DNA of 64,000 bases. Source: Rhizodiscina lignyota (lineage: Eukaryota). The notes beneath the pieces were generated by a model. That model ran no database searches. It was not told the DNA's origin and saw only the letters and a list, made by a program, of their open reading frames with translations. The DNA lies in contig ML978124.1 in NCBI GenBank assembly GCA_010015805.1, forward strand, positions 434,001 to 498,000. The letters are read 5' to 3'. Shown piece by piece: positions 1 to 14,345 of this stretch. The position numbers and the translations under genes are program-made. Positions within the stretch are counted from its first letter, which is position 1, and each line of letters opens with the position of its first letter.

Positions 1-382
1 CACAGCTGGCGATGCAGCAGCGAGGTAGGCGTGCGCAAGATCAAAAGCGCATGTGGGAGAAACGCGCACAACTGCCAAAGTGGTGCTTGAGGGTGTTGTT
101 GGCAGATGAAGCACGCGAAGGAGAATATGAAGAGCGCAACGGAGGAAAAGGCAACTTCGAGAAACGATGCGGCTCTTTTGTTGTGCCAGGGCGAAGGCGC
201 TAAGGGTTCACGCTAACTACGTATGCGGCTTAGCGCCATCTTAGAACTCCAAGGACCAACGCAGATTCACATGGAGCGAAGTGAACGAGGCCAGTATATT
301 CTAGCGCATTCATCTACGTCGCTTCTGCTTCTTACTCCGTACAATTGCCTCTTCTACGTCAAGGTCACTCATGTCGTCTAGC

Positions 383-2021
383 TTATGTCTTGCTCTCCTT
401 GCTCGTCCCGTTGCATACTGCAATATAAACCGAAGAAACAAGAATCAGTGCAGAGCCCGCAACTGACATGAGATTTAGCCCCGTGCCAAATACCATTAGG
501 TCAGCTGCAATCGCGAATACCATCTGCGTATACACCATACATGTCACTCGCGTGGAGCTTTCATGCTGGAGCCCGGCCGCAAAGACAAATTGCTGTAGTA
601 TTCCGTATCATCAGCCACTCGATCACTGTGTCTGGGGAAGGACATTTCTGTACACTCACCATTAGATATCCGGAGATCGTTATCACAGCTAAGTAGGTCC
701 AGTCCTGCCAAGCTGAGGGGAGGACAAAACCGATCCCTGGTACGGCGACCATGGCAAGCGCAGCGAGTACTGCACACCAAAAGGAGAAAGTGTTCACAGT
801 CTGGAGTGGTGATGCTCTTTTGCCAATCCATCTGATTGTAGTAATGGCGAGAGTATTGCCTGCCAATGATCATCAGCATTTCTGCCATACGCGGAAAAGA
901 GATCTCTCGCAACCTAGTACACCAAGCATTGCTACAGCAACCGCGCCAGCTCTCTGTCCAGCGCTCACGACCACATGTGGCTGAAGATCGATGGCTGGCA
1001 CCGGGACAAGTGTGCTGTTTATAACATCCATCATGTGGCTGACGTCCATGTCTAGTTCTAGGCTAGGGGACCACGGTCTCGCGATGAGCACGACACCGAC
1101 AAGCGAGACTAATGCAGCAAGTTGTTGTATACGGGTGAATGATTCTTTCAAAATGAAAGAGCACGCCCAGCAAGCAAGCGATGGCGCAAGGAATGTGACA
1201 ACAGTCGCATCCGCGATTGGAAGATACATCAACGAGTCTAGTTCACCAGATCATCAGTATCATCTTTTGGCTCATAGAGGACAGACCCCGTGGGGATGAG
1301 CGCTGGATACATACAGTACATCCCCAAAACACCGAAACATCCTCCAAGACTTCTTCCAAGCATCAGCAATCTGATTCCCTTCGCTCCGAGAAGGAAATCA
1401 GGAGTCTTCTGCCGCCACAGGTATATGCTTGCAAGTATCGATGTTACTGACATTCGCCAGAAAAGAATCTATCAGTGTTAGCGCTCCATTCTCATGCCAC
1501 ACCGACAAATCTCCTATGTTACGAAGTCTTACCTGAAACGGATGCATGCCATTGCCGTGGTTTCCCTCAACCTCAAGCACTCTCGTCGTTGTATTCATGA
1601 GCGTGGCAAACAGCTGCGACAGCACGACTAGGAGCAGGCCTTTGTTTCTTTGCCAGAACGCTTGCAGCTCAGCCTGCAATGATTTTGGGAACCCCCCAAC
1701 CAGTCCAGATGCTCCATCCTCTTTAAGGAATGCGGAGTCTTCTCCAGATAGGTCTTCCTCTTCGGCCGCTAGATCGATGGATTCTTTGCTGGATATGCTG
1801 CTATCATCGAGCGATGTAAGTTTCCGGTCTCGCCGGCGGCCAGCTGCGTCATCCGCGGACTCTACATCATTGTGATTTATCGGGATAAACTGCAAGGGAA
1901 TTTCTATTGTTGTCTCTCGCTGCTGGTTTTCCTTGGCCCTTGATGGAGTAGCAAGACTGTCACCGTCGTGGTCCTCGATCGCGCTAGGCTGCGGAAAGGA
2001 CAGCGGCTTGCGTGAGTCCAT
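383..2021 (-). CDS. EamA/DMT-family (SLC35G-like) drug/metabolite transporter, multi-exon
   Basis: Spliced translation gives GLLLVVLSQLFATLMNTTTRVLE...GMHPFQ, LMLGRSLGGCFGVLGMY, LPIADATVVTFLAP, VSLVGVVLIARP, TTIRWIGKRASPL and MVYTQMVFAIAADLMVFG, ending KESKT* (TAA 383-385). Multiple TM helices; GT-AG introns join the ORF pieces. Confidence 0.88.
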
Positions 2022-3051
2022 ATAGAAGCATTAGAATACCAACTGCCATCTACCTACAACAGATCGAAGGCTGAAAAACGAACCAGAAAGTTAGGTCGCA
2101 GAAAAGATGGAATTGGTTATCACATAAGCTTATGTGATCTTCGGGGAAGCGCCCCACAAGCATTATGTACGCCACAATCGCAGCATTGTCCGCATGCGTA
2201 TCGCAACTGTTTATTTCACAAAGGAGGCCTATGAAACCTCCGAGGTTTGTCACCTATCGTTCGAAATAAACCTTCACTTGTAGTTATAATAGTTTGAGAG
2301 TCCACAAAATTGACTTGAACCCCTGAGGCCCTCATTTCCGATACCTGAAACGCTACCTTTTCATGCGATGGCTCTTCCACTGCTTCCACATTGGAAGCCG
2401 AGGGGAGTGGATATTTAGAGAACAATCTCCTGCTGTTCATCCTCCAGTGTGTCTCTTCCGCGCCACTTGAAATAATTGCTGGTATCGAAGAAAAATGTGC
2501 TGCTCCATACACATGCCATGACATGGTCCAAATCAAGGATCTCGGAGGTCGTACGATCCATTACTTCCGTTTCATGTGTAAACCCCCCAAGATAGTGGCC
2601 TATTTCCTCTTCATGTTTGGCGTCACTGCGCTCGTGTATCACAGGCTCGGGTTCGGCTACAAGTCTCATGTACACAAACCTTTATCGGTGCAAGCAACAA
2701 TTTCGAACTCGCGATTGCCGTGACCGTTGCCGTATATGGTACTGCGAGTGGTCAGATGTTAGCGAGCACAGTACGTCTGCTCGTTGAAGCCCCGGTCCTT
2801 GTAGGGCTGTATATGCCATCTAGTGGGTGAGGAAGAGGTTGGGATGGAACCCCTTGAGCGATGTATCATGTGCAGCGACGAAAATGAATGAAAATGAGAG
2901 ATGCAAAGCTAGTACATAGGACGTAGGTTTTCTGTAGAGTTTTAGATTTTGTATTTATAATATATCTACCCTCTAAGCGATAGTTCAATTGCCACGCTCT
3001 CCAGCCATGGCAGCCGCACGGGGCGGAGAAGAGTAATCTCATCCGTGATCA

Positions 3052-4965
3052 TCAGTAGGTGTATCTGAAGCTAGGCTATAGCTAGTTGTTAGCATTGAAT
3101 GAAAGCAATGAAGCCTGACTTGAAAGCAATGAAAGGGCATACGTACTTCACCGCCCTCAACTCTCAGCTCACCTCGGTCTGCCTTATTGTTCGCGATCCG
3201 GAAAAAGACCGTCTCGATGCATACGACGACGATTGATAGAATCGCACACGCAATGCAGGCCCACAGTCCAGGGTGATACGCCGGAGCGTCCTGGCTTCTG
3301 AAGACCAGGCTGCCAGCGATGCCTCCAATCCCACCAAAGCCGACCATGCTGGCAGAACAGAAGGCTCTCTTCCACTGCCCACGGATATTGTTTGCCTGGT
3401 ACGCCATTGTCGCAGGGACGTTCGAATTCGCTCCGGCAGCAGCGAGGAAGACGCCAAAGTATCGTACACCGACGCCCTTAGTGAAACCCATCAGTGCCAG
3501 TCCAATGATAGCCATGACCATATTGAAGATGATGATCGGGCCGCGAATGTGGTATTTATCGCCGAACCAGCCGGTCGCGTACATAACGATGCCACCCCAG
3601 ACATACGGAGGTGCGACGAGGCACTGCGCAGCGCCGGTACTGAAGCCCATTCCGTCTTCGAGAATGACGGGAAGGAAGTAGGCAAGCGCGTATGTGACGG
3701 TGGTCGTGTCAAAGAAGATGAGCGCATATCCCCAAATCTTGAAATCAAGCGCTGGTCGGAGAAAGCGGCCGAACGTGAAAGGTTCGAGTTGCGCATCGGA
3801 GCGGTCGGCGTTGACACGGTCGACAATCCACCTGGTTTCTTCTCGCGTGAGGAAATACCAGTACGTCTTCCCATCGTCAGGGAAGCCGACAAAGAAGAAA
3901 TAGCCAGCAATTCCCAGTCCAATGGTCAATGCGCCTTCAATGATGAAAATCCATCGCCAGCCACGAATACCGTCGGTACCTTCCATTTGAGAGAGCTATC
4001 AAGGCGACGTAAGCAGAATGGCAACTACGTCTTTGTAGGGAGCTTACGCCAAACGCCAAAATACCGCCAAATGCAGATGCGACAGCGCCGAGGATGTAGA
4101 AGAACGAGTAGCGCTTTCCCACCTCATCTTTCTCAATGTTAGCGTAGATTCGCGTCAGTTCCAAGGAGTAGACGTACATCGCAGATACCATGTACCTAAA
4201 TTACGTGGAGCAAATTAGCACAGCTCTGGGCTTGATCTTTGCATCACATGATAACCTACTGAGCAGATATACGCAACCTGGGAAGAAGCCGGCCTTCCTC
4301 AAGTCAGCCAACGATCGTGATATCGGACAAGTTGCAGATGTTTACCTCTAGGGCACCGAGGATAACTCGGAGGCCTGACATAACCTTGAAGTTGGGCGCA
4401 AATCCCATACCGATCATGACAGCTCCCCAAAGGACAGTACTGGGCCGAATCAGCGACGTGAGATGTCTCTCCGGAATTAGTGAGACTCACATGTTAGATA
4501 GGTGGATTCTTGGACCAATCTTCCGACACAACACTGTCGACGGAGGTTGAAGGATGACATAAGGGATAAAGAAGACCAATGTAATGATGGACTGTGTAAT
4601 GTTAGAATGGAAGAAGGCACTCGTTTTCGTTAGTCCGAGGGGCATACATAGCGAAATCCTATAAGATCGAGGTCCTTGGCCATACTACAGAGCAGTCAGG
4701 ATATTTACTCGTGTATCAATAGACCAGGGTGCAAGTGCACTCACCCAGCGATGTTCGCCACGCCCAAATTCGTCCGATCAATGAGACTCGCGCAGTACAT
4801 GAGCCCCGTCAACGTGACCAGCCTTCTGTCGATCTTCCAGACGATCTTCCTCTGCTCCTTTTCCGTGTACTGGGTGACGAAAGCCTCCTGAGAGCCATCT
4901 TGCGACGGAATCCTCTCCTGTGCGTACTCGTCGTACTGAGCTCCAGACTTCTCGATGTCGGCCAT
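3052..4965 (-). CDS. MFS transporter, allantoate/nicotinate (anion:cation symporter) family
   Basis: KIVWKIDRRLV...SLIDRTNLGVANIAG N-terminus, GWRWIFIIEG, YQANNIRGQWKRA, C-terminal exon PSFRYTY* (TGA 3052-3054). Several short introns. Confidence 0.93.
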
Positions 4966-7327
4966 GGTGATCAGTCAACAACAACACGGACCGCCGAGTG
5001 GTAGCAAATCTCGAGCCGAATGGCCGGATTGAAACGAATCGAACGAATAGAAGGAAAGGAAGAGAAGGCAATCGCTTTGCGACGGATAAGCGGCACAAAG
5101 AAGGGAGAAACGATTACTTATTCCCTGGTGGATGGAGTGGAGGTAGAGAGTATATATCACTACCATACTCCTCCCCTCAGATGAATGGTACCTCACGTAC
5201 GACAATCATGTTCCCCGCTCAGCCCATCTGTTCTTCCGCGTGGATGCCATGCAGCGCATTAAAGGAAGGAATCTACCGAGGATCACATCAGAAAAGCCGA
5301 TTAATTCCAGTTCAGTAGCCTTGACCGCCGACGTGGAGCGCCGTCAGTCAAGGATACATGTTGAAGAGAGCCAACGGAAGCCTATCGCAAGCACTCCATG
5401 CAGAGCCGGTGGAGGGGCAGCATGCATAGGAGCCTTACGGACGAGGAAACGAAGTGGTCCGATGAAGAGAATTTGGGATAATGGAATGCGATAACGCGTT
5501 GAAAGGGGTAGGCAATGACGCCGCAGTAGCGAGTTAGCCATCGGTAGCATGGACGCGGACGAAACCAGGGACCACTTAGGTACCAAGTTGACAAGAAATG
5601 CCTGCGGGAAAGGATGATCTTGGCTATCGAAGGATGACGAGGACAAGAGGCATGACCACTACCCCGGACCCCGCAATGGTGGGTCCACAAGGTATCATAG
5701 TCTGTGCTAAAGAAACAACTCGCCTTGATCTGGGGTCGGCACACCTTGTAAGTGCTTGAACGAAGTGGATCCTGCGAAGGCCGGCAAAAGAGCTGCGAAA
5801 CAAAGCTTGGAAGTGATGGTTGCTGGCTTGCAGTGTCTCTGAAACCAGTTACCAACAGCGATTACGAGAGCATGGGTCATCCCACCTGGAAGGTGATACG
5901 ATAGGACGGCGGATATATACTTTGTGAGTCGCGAGAAACAGTAAAACGGCAAGCATGTCAGAATTCTGGACTTACATTGCTGAGAGGCTGAAGTGCAAGG
6001 CAAATCATGTCCAATCAGGCAGGTAAGATGCGGTGACAACGAAGGGACGACCTCAGACTGCTCGCAACAAGCAATATAGAAGCAACAGCCATTTGATGGC
6101 CGTGTTCCGCATCCCAAGATGTTGGGATTTGAGCCTCGTCCAAGGAACTCTTGGACTTCGACCGGCCGTCTTGGAATGGCGCGAACTTCTGCAGTATGAG
6201 ATAATGCCGCTCTTTGGCGCGGTTGTTGCGCCAAGTCGAAGAGTCGGTACAATGGCCGACGAGACGACGATCACGATAGGCAGGAGATGAGGCGTGGACG
6301 TTAGTCGTCGTGGGTTGGTCAGCGCTAAGGAGACGGAACGCTTGGAGATTTGTGGGGGAGAATGCGGAGCCAAGCGAAATCCGGGGAAACTCCATATTCG
6401 AGTGACTTTTAGTCAATCGGTCCTCTGCGGCCGCCAGGGCTGAGTATTTTCCGAGACGGGGAGATGACTTGAATAGATTAGGTTCTGAGCCACCATCTGA
6501 CCAAGAGCAGCCAAATGGAGGAAACGCAAGCTCTTTTTCCGCCGCCGTACTGAGCCGATGCTCGGTAACGGGCGGCAGATTGTTGCTCGCAAGACTTTTC
6601 TAGCTGGGAGATAAGCTGAATTGATATGGAGACTGGAGAGATACGATATACGTCTCGGCGAAATACGGCTGTCCTCGATGTTGGAATTCAAATGGTGATA
6701 AGAGGAGGCAGCGGCGTTGGCGGCCGCATGAAGACGGGGTAAATGCCTAGTATCTAGCTTTTCGTGGCTAGGAGGGAGTGAGAAAAGGTATGAAGGAGGG
6801 TTGACATTGTCTGGATATTTCTCATCCTTGATTGCAAATTGCGCAGTCATGAAGAGCGATTGCATATCCATCGGCTGGCACCGACAAGAATGGAACGTCA
6901 GAAAGCCGTCGTCTACCTATGGCATACGGAGTACAACCCTACCCAAGAAACAAGCAAGCGAGGCATCGGCCTCTTCAAAGGACTCGGGCACAGCCCATGG
7001 AAGCTGTTCTTCTGGTCGTAGTGGAGTACATCAAGATCAGGATCTTCTTGGAAGTTCGTTTTAATAACGCAATATAAATGAATCTAACGAATGGGTATAT
7101 CTCGTCGCTCCAGACACTACAGCTGGAAGGGCCGCTAGCTAGCGGTGTGCCGGAACGATCATCCCAACGCCAATGCCATGCAGGATTCCAAAATCATCGA
7201 CATTATGTACCTTCGTACTCTTCATCATAGGGTGCCACCCAAGTCTACCCGCACCCAACATCCAGACGGTCGGTAAGTCGCCAAGTCGAGCGGCTCCAGC
7301 CCAGATCTTCTCGCGCGCAACGCAATA

Positions 7328-8548
7328 TCAACAGCAACCACTTCGTCGCCCGCCCCTGTTTACTCTGAACACCTCTTCCCACTCTTGCATCCCACTCATC
7401 CAGCCTGGTCCTGTTCCTCTTCTTGGCCTGCCCTTTCTCCTTCTTCTGGCTCCACTGTACCCATCTTCCACCGTCAGTCCGCTCTTGATGCTCCCTCCAT
7501 CTTCTGTACCACCCCAGCCTCCACTGTCGCCATACTGTATACCGCTGGCAGGATCATCGGGGTTGATTTCTCCCAATTCAATCTTCGTTAATATCATTCT
7601 CGCCAAACGTGAAAATAGCTCTTCGACGGCGTCCCCTGTCAGCGCGGAAACCTCCACTGCGACAGGTATGTTGACACTAGAGGCCCATCGTGACGCCTCC
7701 TCTGCTGAAACTTCACGCCCGTCCGGCGCTACGGTCGCCGTGTTTTGTGATCCCAATCCAAATCCTCTCGATGATTGTGCGGAGCCGAGTGAGGACGGTG
7801 GGATAGTAGATTTCCTGCTGTCGAAGCTTAGAGGTGTAGGAGGAGGTTCGGTATCACCAGGGTCGGCGGCGTCAGACTTGTTGCCGGCGAGCAGGAGTGT
7901 AAGTTGTGGGGATGCAAGAGCACGAGCGTCATTGAGGAAGGTCGGTAGAGCGCGGAAAGATGAGTGTGAAGTAATGTCGTATACTAGGATCGCTCCAGCG
8001 GCACCTCGATAGTATGAGCGAGAGACGGATCGGAAGCGTTCTGTGCCTGCTGTATCCCATAGCTGGAGCAGATCAAATCAGCGCTTGAGTTCTACACAAA
8101 GATATGGCTGTAGTGCTGAGGGTCGTACTTGAAGCTTGATCCGTTTTCGCCGTGCGCCTGTACCAATCTTGACGATCTTTGACGCAAACTCTACGCCGAT
8201 TGTCTGCGATGATAGAACTCGCCCTGCCATATATGAGCCTCCAGTTCGTCAGAAATTTCCCGTCCTATACTGACATTCGTCCTTCACAAAACGGTGCAGG
8301 ATACATGATCTTGGCTTATCAGCAACCGATATTCGTCTTCAACACCTCGAAACGCTCACTTTCCGGTGCCGCTTGGTCCCAGCAGTATAATCTTTGCCAG
8401 ATAGTCGTACATGCTTCCGAGCTCCTGCAATGATCATCAGCTTGGACGCAAATGAAGACCATATTAATGCGGTTACCTGCTCCCGCGGCTCTCTCGACGT
8501 GCCAGACGCCACGGTGGACGCGCCCGAATTTGCGCGTTGTCGAGGCAT
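7328..8548 (-). CDS. Rab small GTPase, Rab4/Ypt4-like
   Basis: Spliced product: [18 protein letters not shown] (G1), TIGVEF (G2), [20 protein letters not shown] (G3), GNKSD (G4), EVSA (G5), C-terminal GCC prenylation motif. Four introns. Confidence 0.92.
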
Positions 8549-10612
8549 GGCGATCGTATTATTGCATGCATAAGCGGTGTGCTCTCGGGGGCATGATGAT
8601 TTATTTTGAAAGATGAAAGAAGAGTCTCATCCCCGCGAACTGACGCGCCGCATGATACAGAGAGATTGTGATGCAACGCAACCAAGCTCCGCGGTAGTTG
8701 GCACAAGGTATCGTTTCCGTAACCGCCACAGCACGCTAAATGCGCCACACCTTTTCTGAACCTCGAACAATGAATGATCTATGCTTGGCACTTTATTGCT
8801 TCTCTGAACTTACGGACCAGGCTAATAATTCCAGAATCATCTTCTAAATTGGTAGCCGATGTCATTATACGTTTAAGATCCAGCACAATACTGGTAGCCC
8901 TTCAACTAAATACAACATCATACGCATGTATCAATCATATCCGGTCCTGTGCTACCATCCAGTAGCAAAATGACAGACGTATACGAAGGGTCGCAAGCAC
9001 ATAGTGACAGCACAATCGTTGGATTTGTGAGCATAGCAGGCGGAGTTGGAAGGGCCATCTCGGGCAAAAACACTAGCATGTCGATACCACTGTCTAAAGT
9101 GGCAGTCCATATATACGAGCTCAAGCCGATATAAGTAACTTACTGTTATCTCTGGAGTGTGCGATGTGCGTGAACCCTGAAATCAAATGACAGCCTCGAT
9201 CACTACGCTGCGTATTTTGTTCTCTTCCTGTCTCAGGACTGATTGGGATCGCTCCCTTCCACCAATGCCTCCTATATTTGCACATTCCTGCGGCCTGGTC
9301 TGTCAATATTCGCACAATCGGAGCATGTCCCACCATAACTAACGGCGATAATGGTCGGTTGGTCCGAATTGTATCGAATGTAGTGGTCGCCCGGCCAAAC
9401 AACCCAAAGCACCAGCCGAATTGGCTGAGCAACCTGGCCAGGCTGCCAACTCCATGGCACTTGTTCCGTACAATCAATCGACTCAACCGACGACTCGCCT
9501 TTCGACCCAAATAGCTCTTCCCGCTCCCGCTCTGCTCCGCAGATCCAAACGACTCCAGTTGTGAGCATGGAATTGACCCGTTCGATTCATTTAGTCGCTA
9601 TTTAGCATTAGCTTAAGTATTGTCGACTTTCAACATTGGTATCGGCAATAGTGCTTATAGAGGGCAGGCTGGTATGGGATGGACAGATAGATAGGTGTCT
9701 TCTTCGTATATATAGTCGGCGAGGGCGTCGACGACTCCTTTCGTTTGGCGGCATCTGTTTTGTGAGCCAAGCACTTCGCGTGCATTTTTGGAATCTGCAT
9801 CATTCTCCACCAAGGCTTTCTTCACAACAGAGGTATTTAAACATGGAAGGGCACCCATGTCTCGTCACATCCATCTTGCTTGGCTGGAAGGAGGAAGCAG
9901 TAATTTCACAGGCGCTTCCAGGAGGCCAGGGAGGCTCTTTTAGGTCCCAATGCGAGCGGCCGGAGTAACTTTCGGCCAGCATTGCATCCCACGCATTTCA
10001 CTGCCATCCCACAGCCTTTGCCACGCACGTGCGCAGCGCCCCCAAGAGACGATCTGCGAGATACAATTAGAACTTGATCAAAAACGGATTCAATCTCTGT
10101 CTTCAACGAGCAACCTTCCCAAGCCTTTGGCAACCGGTCGTTATGCTCTCCTCGCTTAGCCAACTTGCGTCCGAGATCTCGACTGTACGAGAGCCTTCCC
10201 CGAATTAACAGGAAAGAAAGCACCAGACAGGGCCGAGAAAAAGTTTGGGTCGGCGGCATACGTCACGCTTCAGAATTACAACCAAGTTTGCCAACCCGCA
10301 TGCCTGACGGAAGCACCGGAGCAGGCCCAAAATGCAAAAGAGAGTTACGGAATGGCACAGCCTGAGACAGGAGAATTGGCCAACTCATTTTTCATGGGGG
10401 CTGAGCGCCCAGGGGTAAGAGTGGGCGTCGGGTCGAATGGGGTTTAAAGCTCCCGTGGGCGGGCGTCATGCACACGAACTTTTTGTTGCATCGATCGTCT
10501 TCATGCCGACTGTGTCGCGTGCTCATCTTCCCTTTCGCCTCTCCCCGCTTTCCTTCTCTCTCGTTTCTTCCCTTCCTCATGTAATCCTTCCTGCCATTAG
10601 AACCATTCCATC

Positions 10613-12219
10613 ATGAGCTGGTTTCCACGCATCACACCAGGCTTTCCACAATACACGGGCCCCTATTCCGTGGGATCCGCAGACTTTGAGATACCCGTCT
10701 CAAGTCTCGATTCACCTGCGTCTTCTCCAGATTCTTCCATCTCTACTGTCGCTTTCCGTATCTTTTATCCATGCGAGGCTTCTGCGCGCGAAAAAGCCGT
10801 CAAATGGCTCACATATCCTCATAGAGGATACGTCCAGGCATATGCCCGGTTCCTCGGCGCTCACAATCTGTTTGCTCAGCTGTTCTCGTAAGTATTGCAC
10901 AGAATCGCCTGTCTATGCCGTATGCTGATTGCTCCAGATACTTTCCACACTTATTGTACTACGCAACGATACCAGTCAAAGCCAATGCGGAGTCGTTACA
11001 AGCGAATACCGAATCACAAAGATGGCCAGTGGTAATATTCTCTCATGGACTTGGCGGCTCTAGAAATGCGTATTCGCACATTTGCGGTACGTTGGCAAGC
11101 CATGGGATTGTTGTCATTGCACCAGAGCATAGAGACGGAAGTGCTCCCGTTACATACATCAAGTCGCCGAGCAGCGGAAAGGTCCGGCCTCTATATTATC
11201 GACGAGCGAGCCACACTCCATCACCGGAAGTCTACGAACACCGCGATAATCAATTGAAAATCCGTCTTTGGGAACTTGGCCTTATCCATGACGCCATTCT
11301 CAAGCTCGACGAAGGCTCTCTCTACATACCCGCGAACACCAAAATAACCAAGCGAGAAAGCGGGGAGTTAAATGACGTAGTAAACCAACTTCAAGGCCAA
11401 TTAGACGTCCACACACCGGGGAGCATTGTTATGGCTGGACACAGTTTTGGAGCGGCAACTATGGTCCAATTCACCAAGAGCGTCTACTACAATGACCAGA
11501 GCGACGATCCTTCATACCAACCGCTCTACACACCGAGCACGTCCTCTTCTATAACTCGACAAATTACACCAGCGACTACCGTACTGCTGCTTGACATGTT
11601 CTGTCTTCCTCTTCGCAGCCCTTCCACGGAATGGCTCTGGTCACAGCCGATGCCCTGCTACGCCCCGTCTGGTTCTGGCGGTGACGCACTCCTCGCTGTT
11701 CTAAGCGAGACCTTTTCCAAGTGGAAAGGCAATCTTTCAGATATGAAGCTCGCTCTATCTGAAGATCCTACTGGTGCCAATCTATCCCGAACGAAGGCTG
11801 CGCCGACATTCTTCTACCCAACTGCGAGCGCTCACCTCTCTCAGAGCGACTTCGGGATTCTCTTTCCGCGCGTAACACGTGTGGCCTTCAAGTCTGAAGA
11901 GCCGGAACGATGCCTTAAACTAAACGCACGCGCCATGCTGCAGAAGATGAGGGAGAACGGATTTGAAGTGGCCAGCACGGCACAGATTGATGCCGAAGAG
12001 GAAGACAAGAGCTTCCCGGTAGACACTCCCTTCAACACTAGAGAAGACTGGCGTATTCTTGCTACGAATGGCGGTATCAAGGGCTGGATACCAATCAACA
12101 TAGACGATGGCACAGAAAGCGAGTCGGATGGAAGCATGGATGTAGACAAGTGGAAGAGCCAGACGGACGCCGTCATAGAAGGCGAAGTACTGGGAGAAAT
12201 GAGGGAGCAGAGCGCATAA
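10613..12219 (+). CDS. PAF acetylhydrolase (isoform II-type alpha/beta hydrolase)
   Basis: FPQYTGPYSVG, AFRIFYP, WPVVIFSHGLGGSRNAYS, PEHRDGSA, nucleophile GHSFG, AHLSQSDF. Intron 10888-10937. Confidence 0.93.
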
Positions 12220-12859
12220 GCGGACTTGTATATTTTCTGGATTGTATCAATTAACCTGCATCTAGCGACGGTCATGGGTTGGTTTGGGCTTGTAAAGCAC
12301 TGTACTGCGGCATATATATACACATCGGCCATTGTATTATCTCGATCTTCTGTACATATACACAATTGCGCATCCAATGGAAAAGATTCATCGGTGCTTT
12401 CAAATGATCTTGAGTCTTTGAGCAAGCTGTGATCAGAGTGCACGACGAACTCTCAAATGCATCTCCATCCACATGCGCCGTACTTCAAGACAACAACTCC
12501 TTCTCGCTCACTCGGAGATACTTTTTTGACTTAAACACCAGCGGTTTGTTTATTATGACACCTTTACAACCTCTTTGCATTCTTAATCTTTTGAAGCCAG
12601 CTATCAATGCGCAGACTAGCGAATTAGAATTATACGCCTCACGTCGAGCCAATAAGAGCGGTTTCCCAGATGAACTCACAGGCTCCGCTTGGACAACGCA
12701 ACGACGCCGAACGCAACAAGTTTAACTCCCAATCTCACGACCAAGCCTTCAGGGATGGTACGTACCCTTATCCGGAGCGCCATCGTCCGAGGAGACGGGG
12801 CTGCACAGATCGGCATCGCTCGCCTTCGACATTCCCATGGTCTCCAGACTGCATCTTCG

Positions 12860-13195
12860 CTATTCGCGGCGGCGACGGCGCCGCGTTCGAGCTGTCTGTC
12901 TGTCTGGGCCGCAGGGCAGCGTCGAGGTAGAAGCGCTCCTTTGCGAATCGGGGAACTTTGTTTTACAACTGCTGAGTTCGATTGGCGTGGCGACTGCGGG
13001 CTGTTCCTTGGGACGGGCGTCATGTCCGAGGGGTCTCTTCGTGCGCGCAGAAGACTGAAGAACGTGAAGTGGATGGAGCAGTTCGGCAGCGTGGAGGTCA
13101 AAGCGCTCGAATAGTGGTCTCATTCTGGAGTCTCGTGCCGTGACGGATCTAAATGATGGATCGTTTCCGGTTGACGAGTAAGCAATTGCGTACAT
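12860..13195 (-). CDS. Possible small hypothetical protein (MYAIAYSS...RRRRRRE)
   Basis: ATG-initiated ~110-codon frame in a GC-richer patch. No recognisable motif; may be non-coding. Confidence 0.2.
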   Translation of the reverse strand: MYAIAYSSTGNDPSFRSVTARDSRMRPLFERFDLHAAELLHPLHVLQSSARTKRPLGHDARPKEQPAVATPIELSSCKTKFPDSQRSASTSTLPCGPDRQTARTRRRRRRE

Positions 13196-14345
13196 GGTGC
13201 GTCGTATTCGAGGGGCTTTGATAGCGAGAGGCGCGAGAGGCGGAGCGTGACGGTAACGGGGGAGATGTTCGGGAGAGGAGTGCTGTGAGGAGGGATACGT
13301 TAAGTCTTGAGAAGAAAGTACATGGCTAAGAGGCTGCAACCCGCATGGATGATGAAGGATCTCCGAAGGGAAGGAAGATATAATCTTACTACTTCCAAGG
13401 ACTAGAATTGAGCAAAATTCTTGATTGGAATGAAGAACCACAGCCATGACGCAAAGAATATCCTAAATACTTGCCTTAGACCAGCATATCCAGAGTGTGA
13501 ACAGGGCAGAGAGGAACGAAGTAGCAGTCTTTTCAACATCTTAAGTACACGCAGCGGTCGCCTCTGATACAATGCGGATTGCACACGTCACCCAAGACCA
13601 AAGACAAGTTTTCAAATACCTGTATTCCATTCTTCGCGGCCTCCATTCTTGCTCTGAACGTACACACACCACCATCTATGAACAAGAGCGGCCCGCAAAA
13701 CGCGACCATCTACCGGGGAAAAAGGCGAGAAAAAGTATTACAAGGGAAAAAAAAAGGGGGTGCAATCCTCCACAGTTTCGATTTATCCAAAGTTTCAAAA
13801 AGGGGTTGCAAGCAACTAGTCGCAAGAAGAGGAAGAAAGCCAGAAAGTATAAGCGGAGATCGACTGTCTCGACCAGTCAACTGTGCCCATCAACCAGCCG
13901 CAAGAAACGAAAACAAAAGCAAAGATTCCAAACTTTTCGTCTCGAATTAAAAACAAAGGAAAACACAGCTGTGACGGCCGTCTAGGGCAGTGAATGGGTA
14001 CTGGTACCGAATTATGAAAACATGGTTCCGAAGGCGAGAAGACTCGGCTTATGGGGGAATTGAGGAAAAACGGACAGAGAAAGTAGGGGGAAGAGAAAAA
14101 GGTGTGTCGGTGGTCGGCCGTGACAGACGTAGCTCGTCCATAAAGGTGTGGAAAAAAAATCCCTTTCCACTGGGGAATGCCGCTGCAAAAGAAAAAGTCC
14201 CAGGCCCATTAAGCACTCTTTCCCCCCATCGCAATGCGCAGGAAAAACACCCGGAAAACAAAAGCCCCAAAAACCAACGCGTGATCCAGTCTCTTCTCTT
14301 CGATCTTCTTCTTCAGCAACCTCCTCTTCCACTCCATTGAGGTGC

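Noticed and set aside
196..237. 9-bp inverted repeat GGCGCTAAG/CTTAGCGCC
   Set aside because: Short, with no TSD or other structure; compatible with chance.
2216..2723. Overlapping short ORFs between the EamA and MFS genes
   Set aside because: No recognisable motif or coherent splice model; could be a decayed gene but cannot be supported.
3273..4142. Long antisense ORFs (also 61807-62676, 14787-15422, 31520-32065)
   Set aside because: Shadows of real genes on the opposite strand, caused by codon bias.
5100..7100. Numerous 80-180 aa ORFs in the intergenic stretch (also 8600-10500 and 52600-53900)
   Set aside because: Random-looking composition, mostly non-ATG starts, no motifs; consistent with promoter or intergenic DNA.
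13570..14340. Lys/Arg-rich ORFs and A-tracts
   Set aside because: Explained by the U-rich 3' region downstream of SFP1 on the minus strand.
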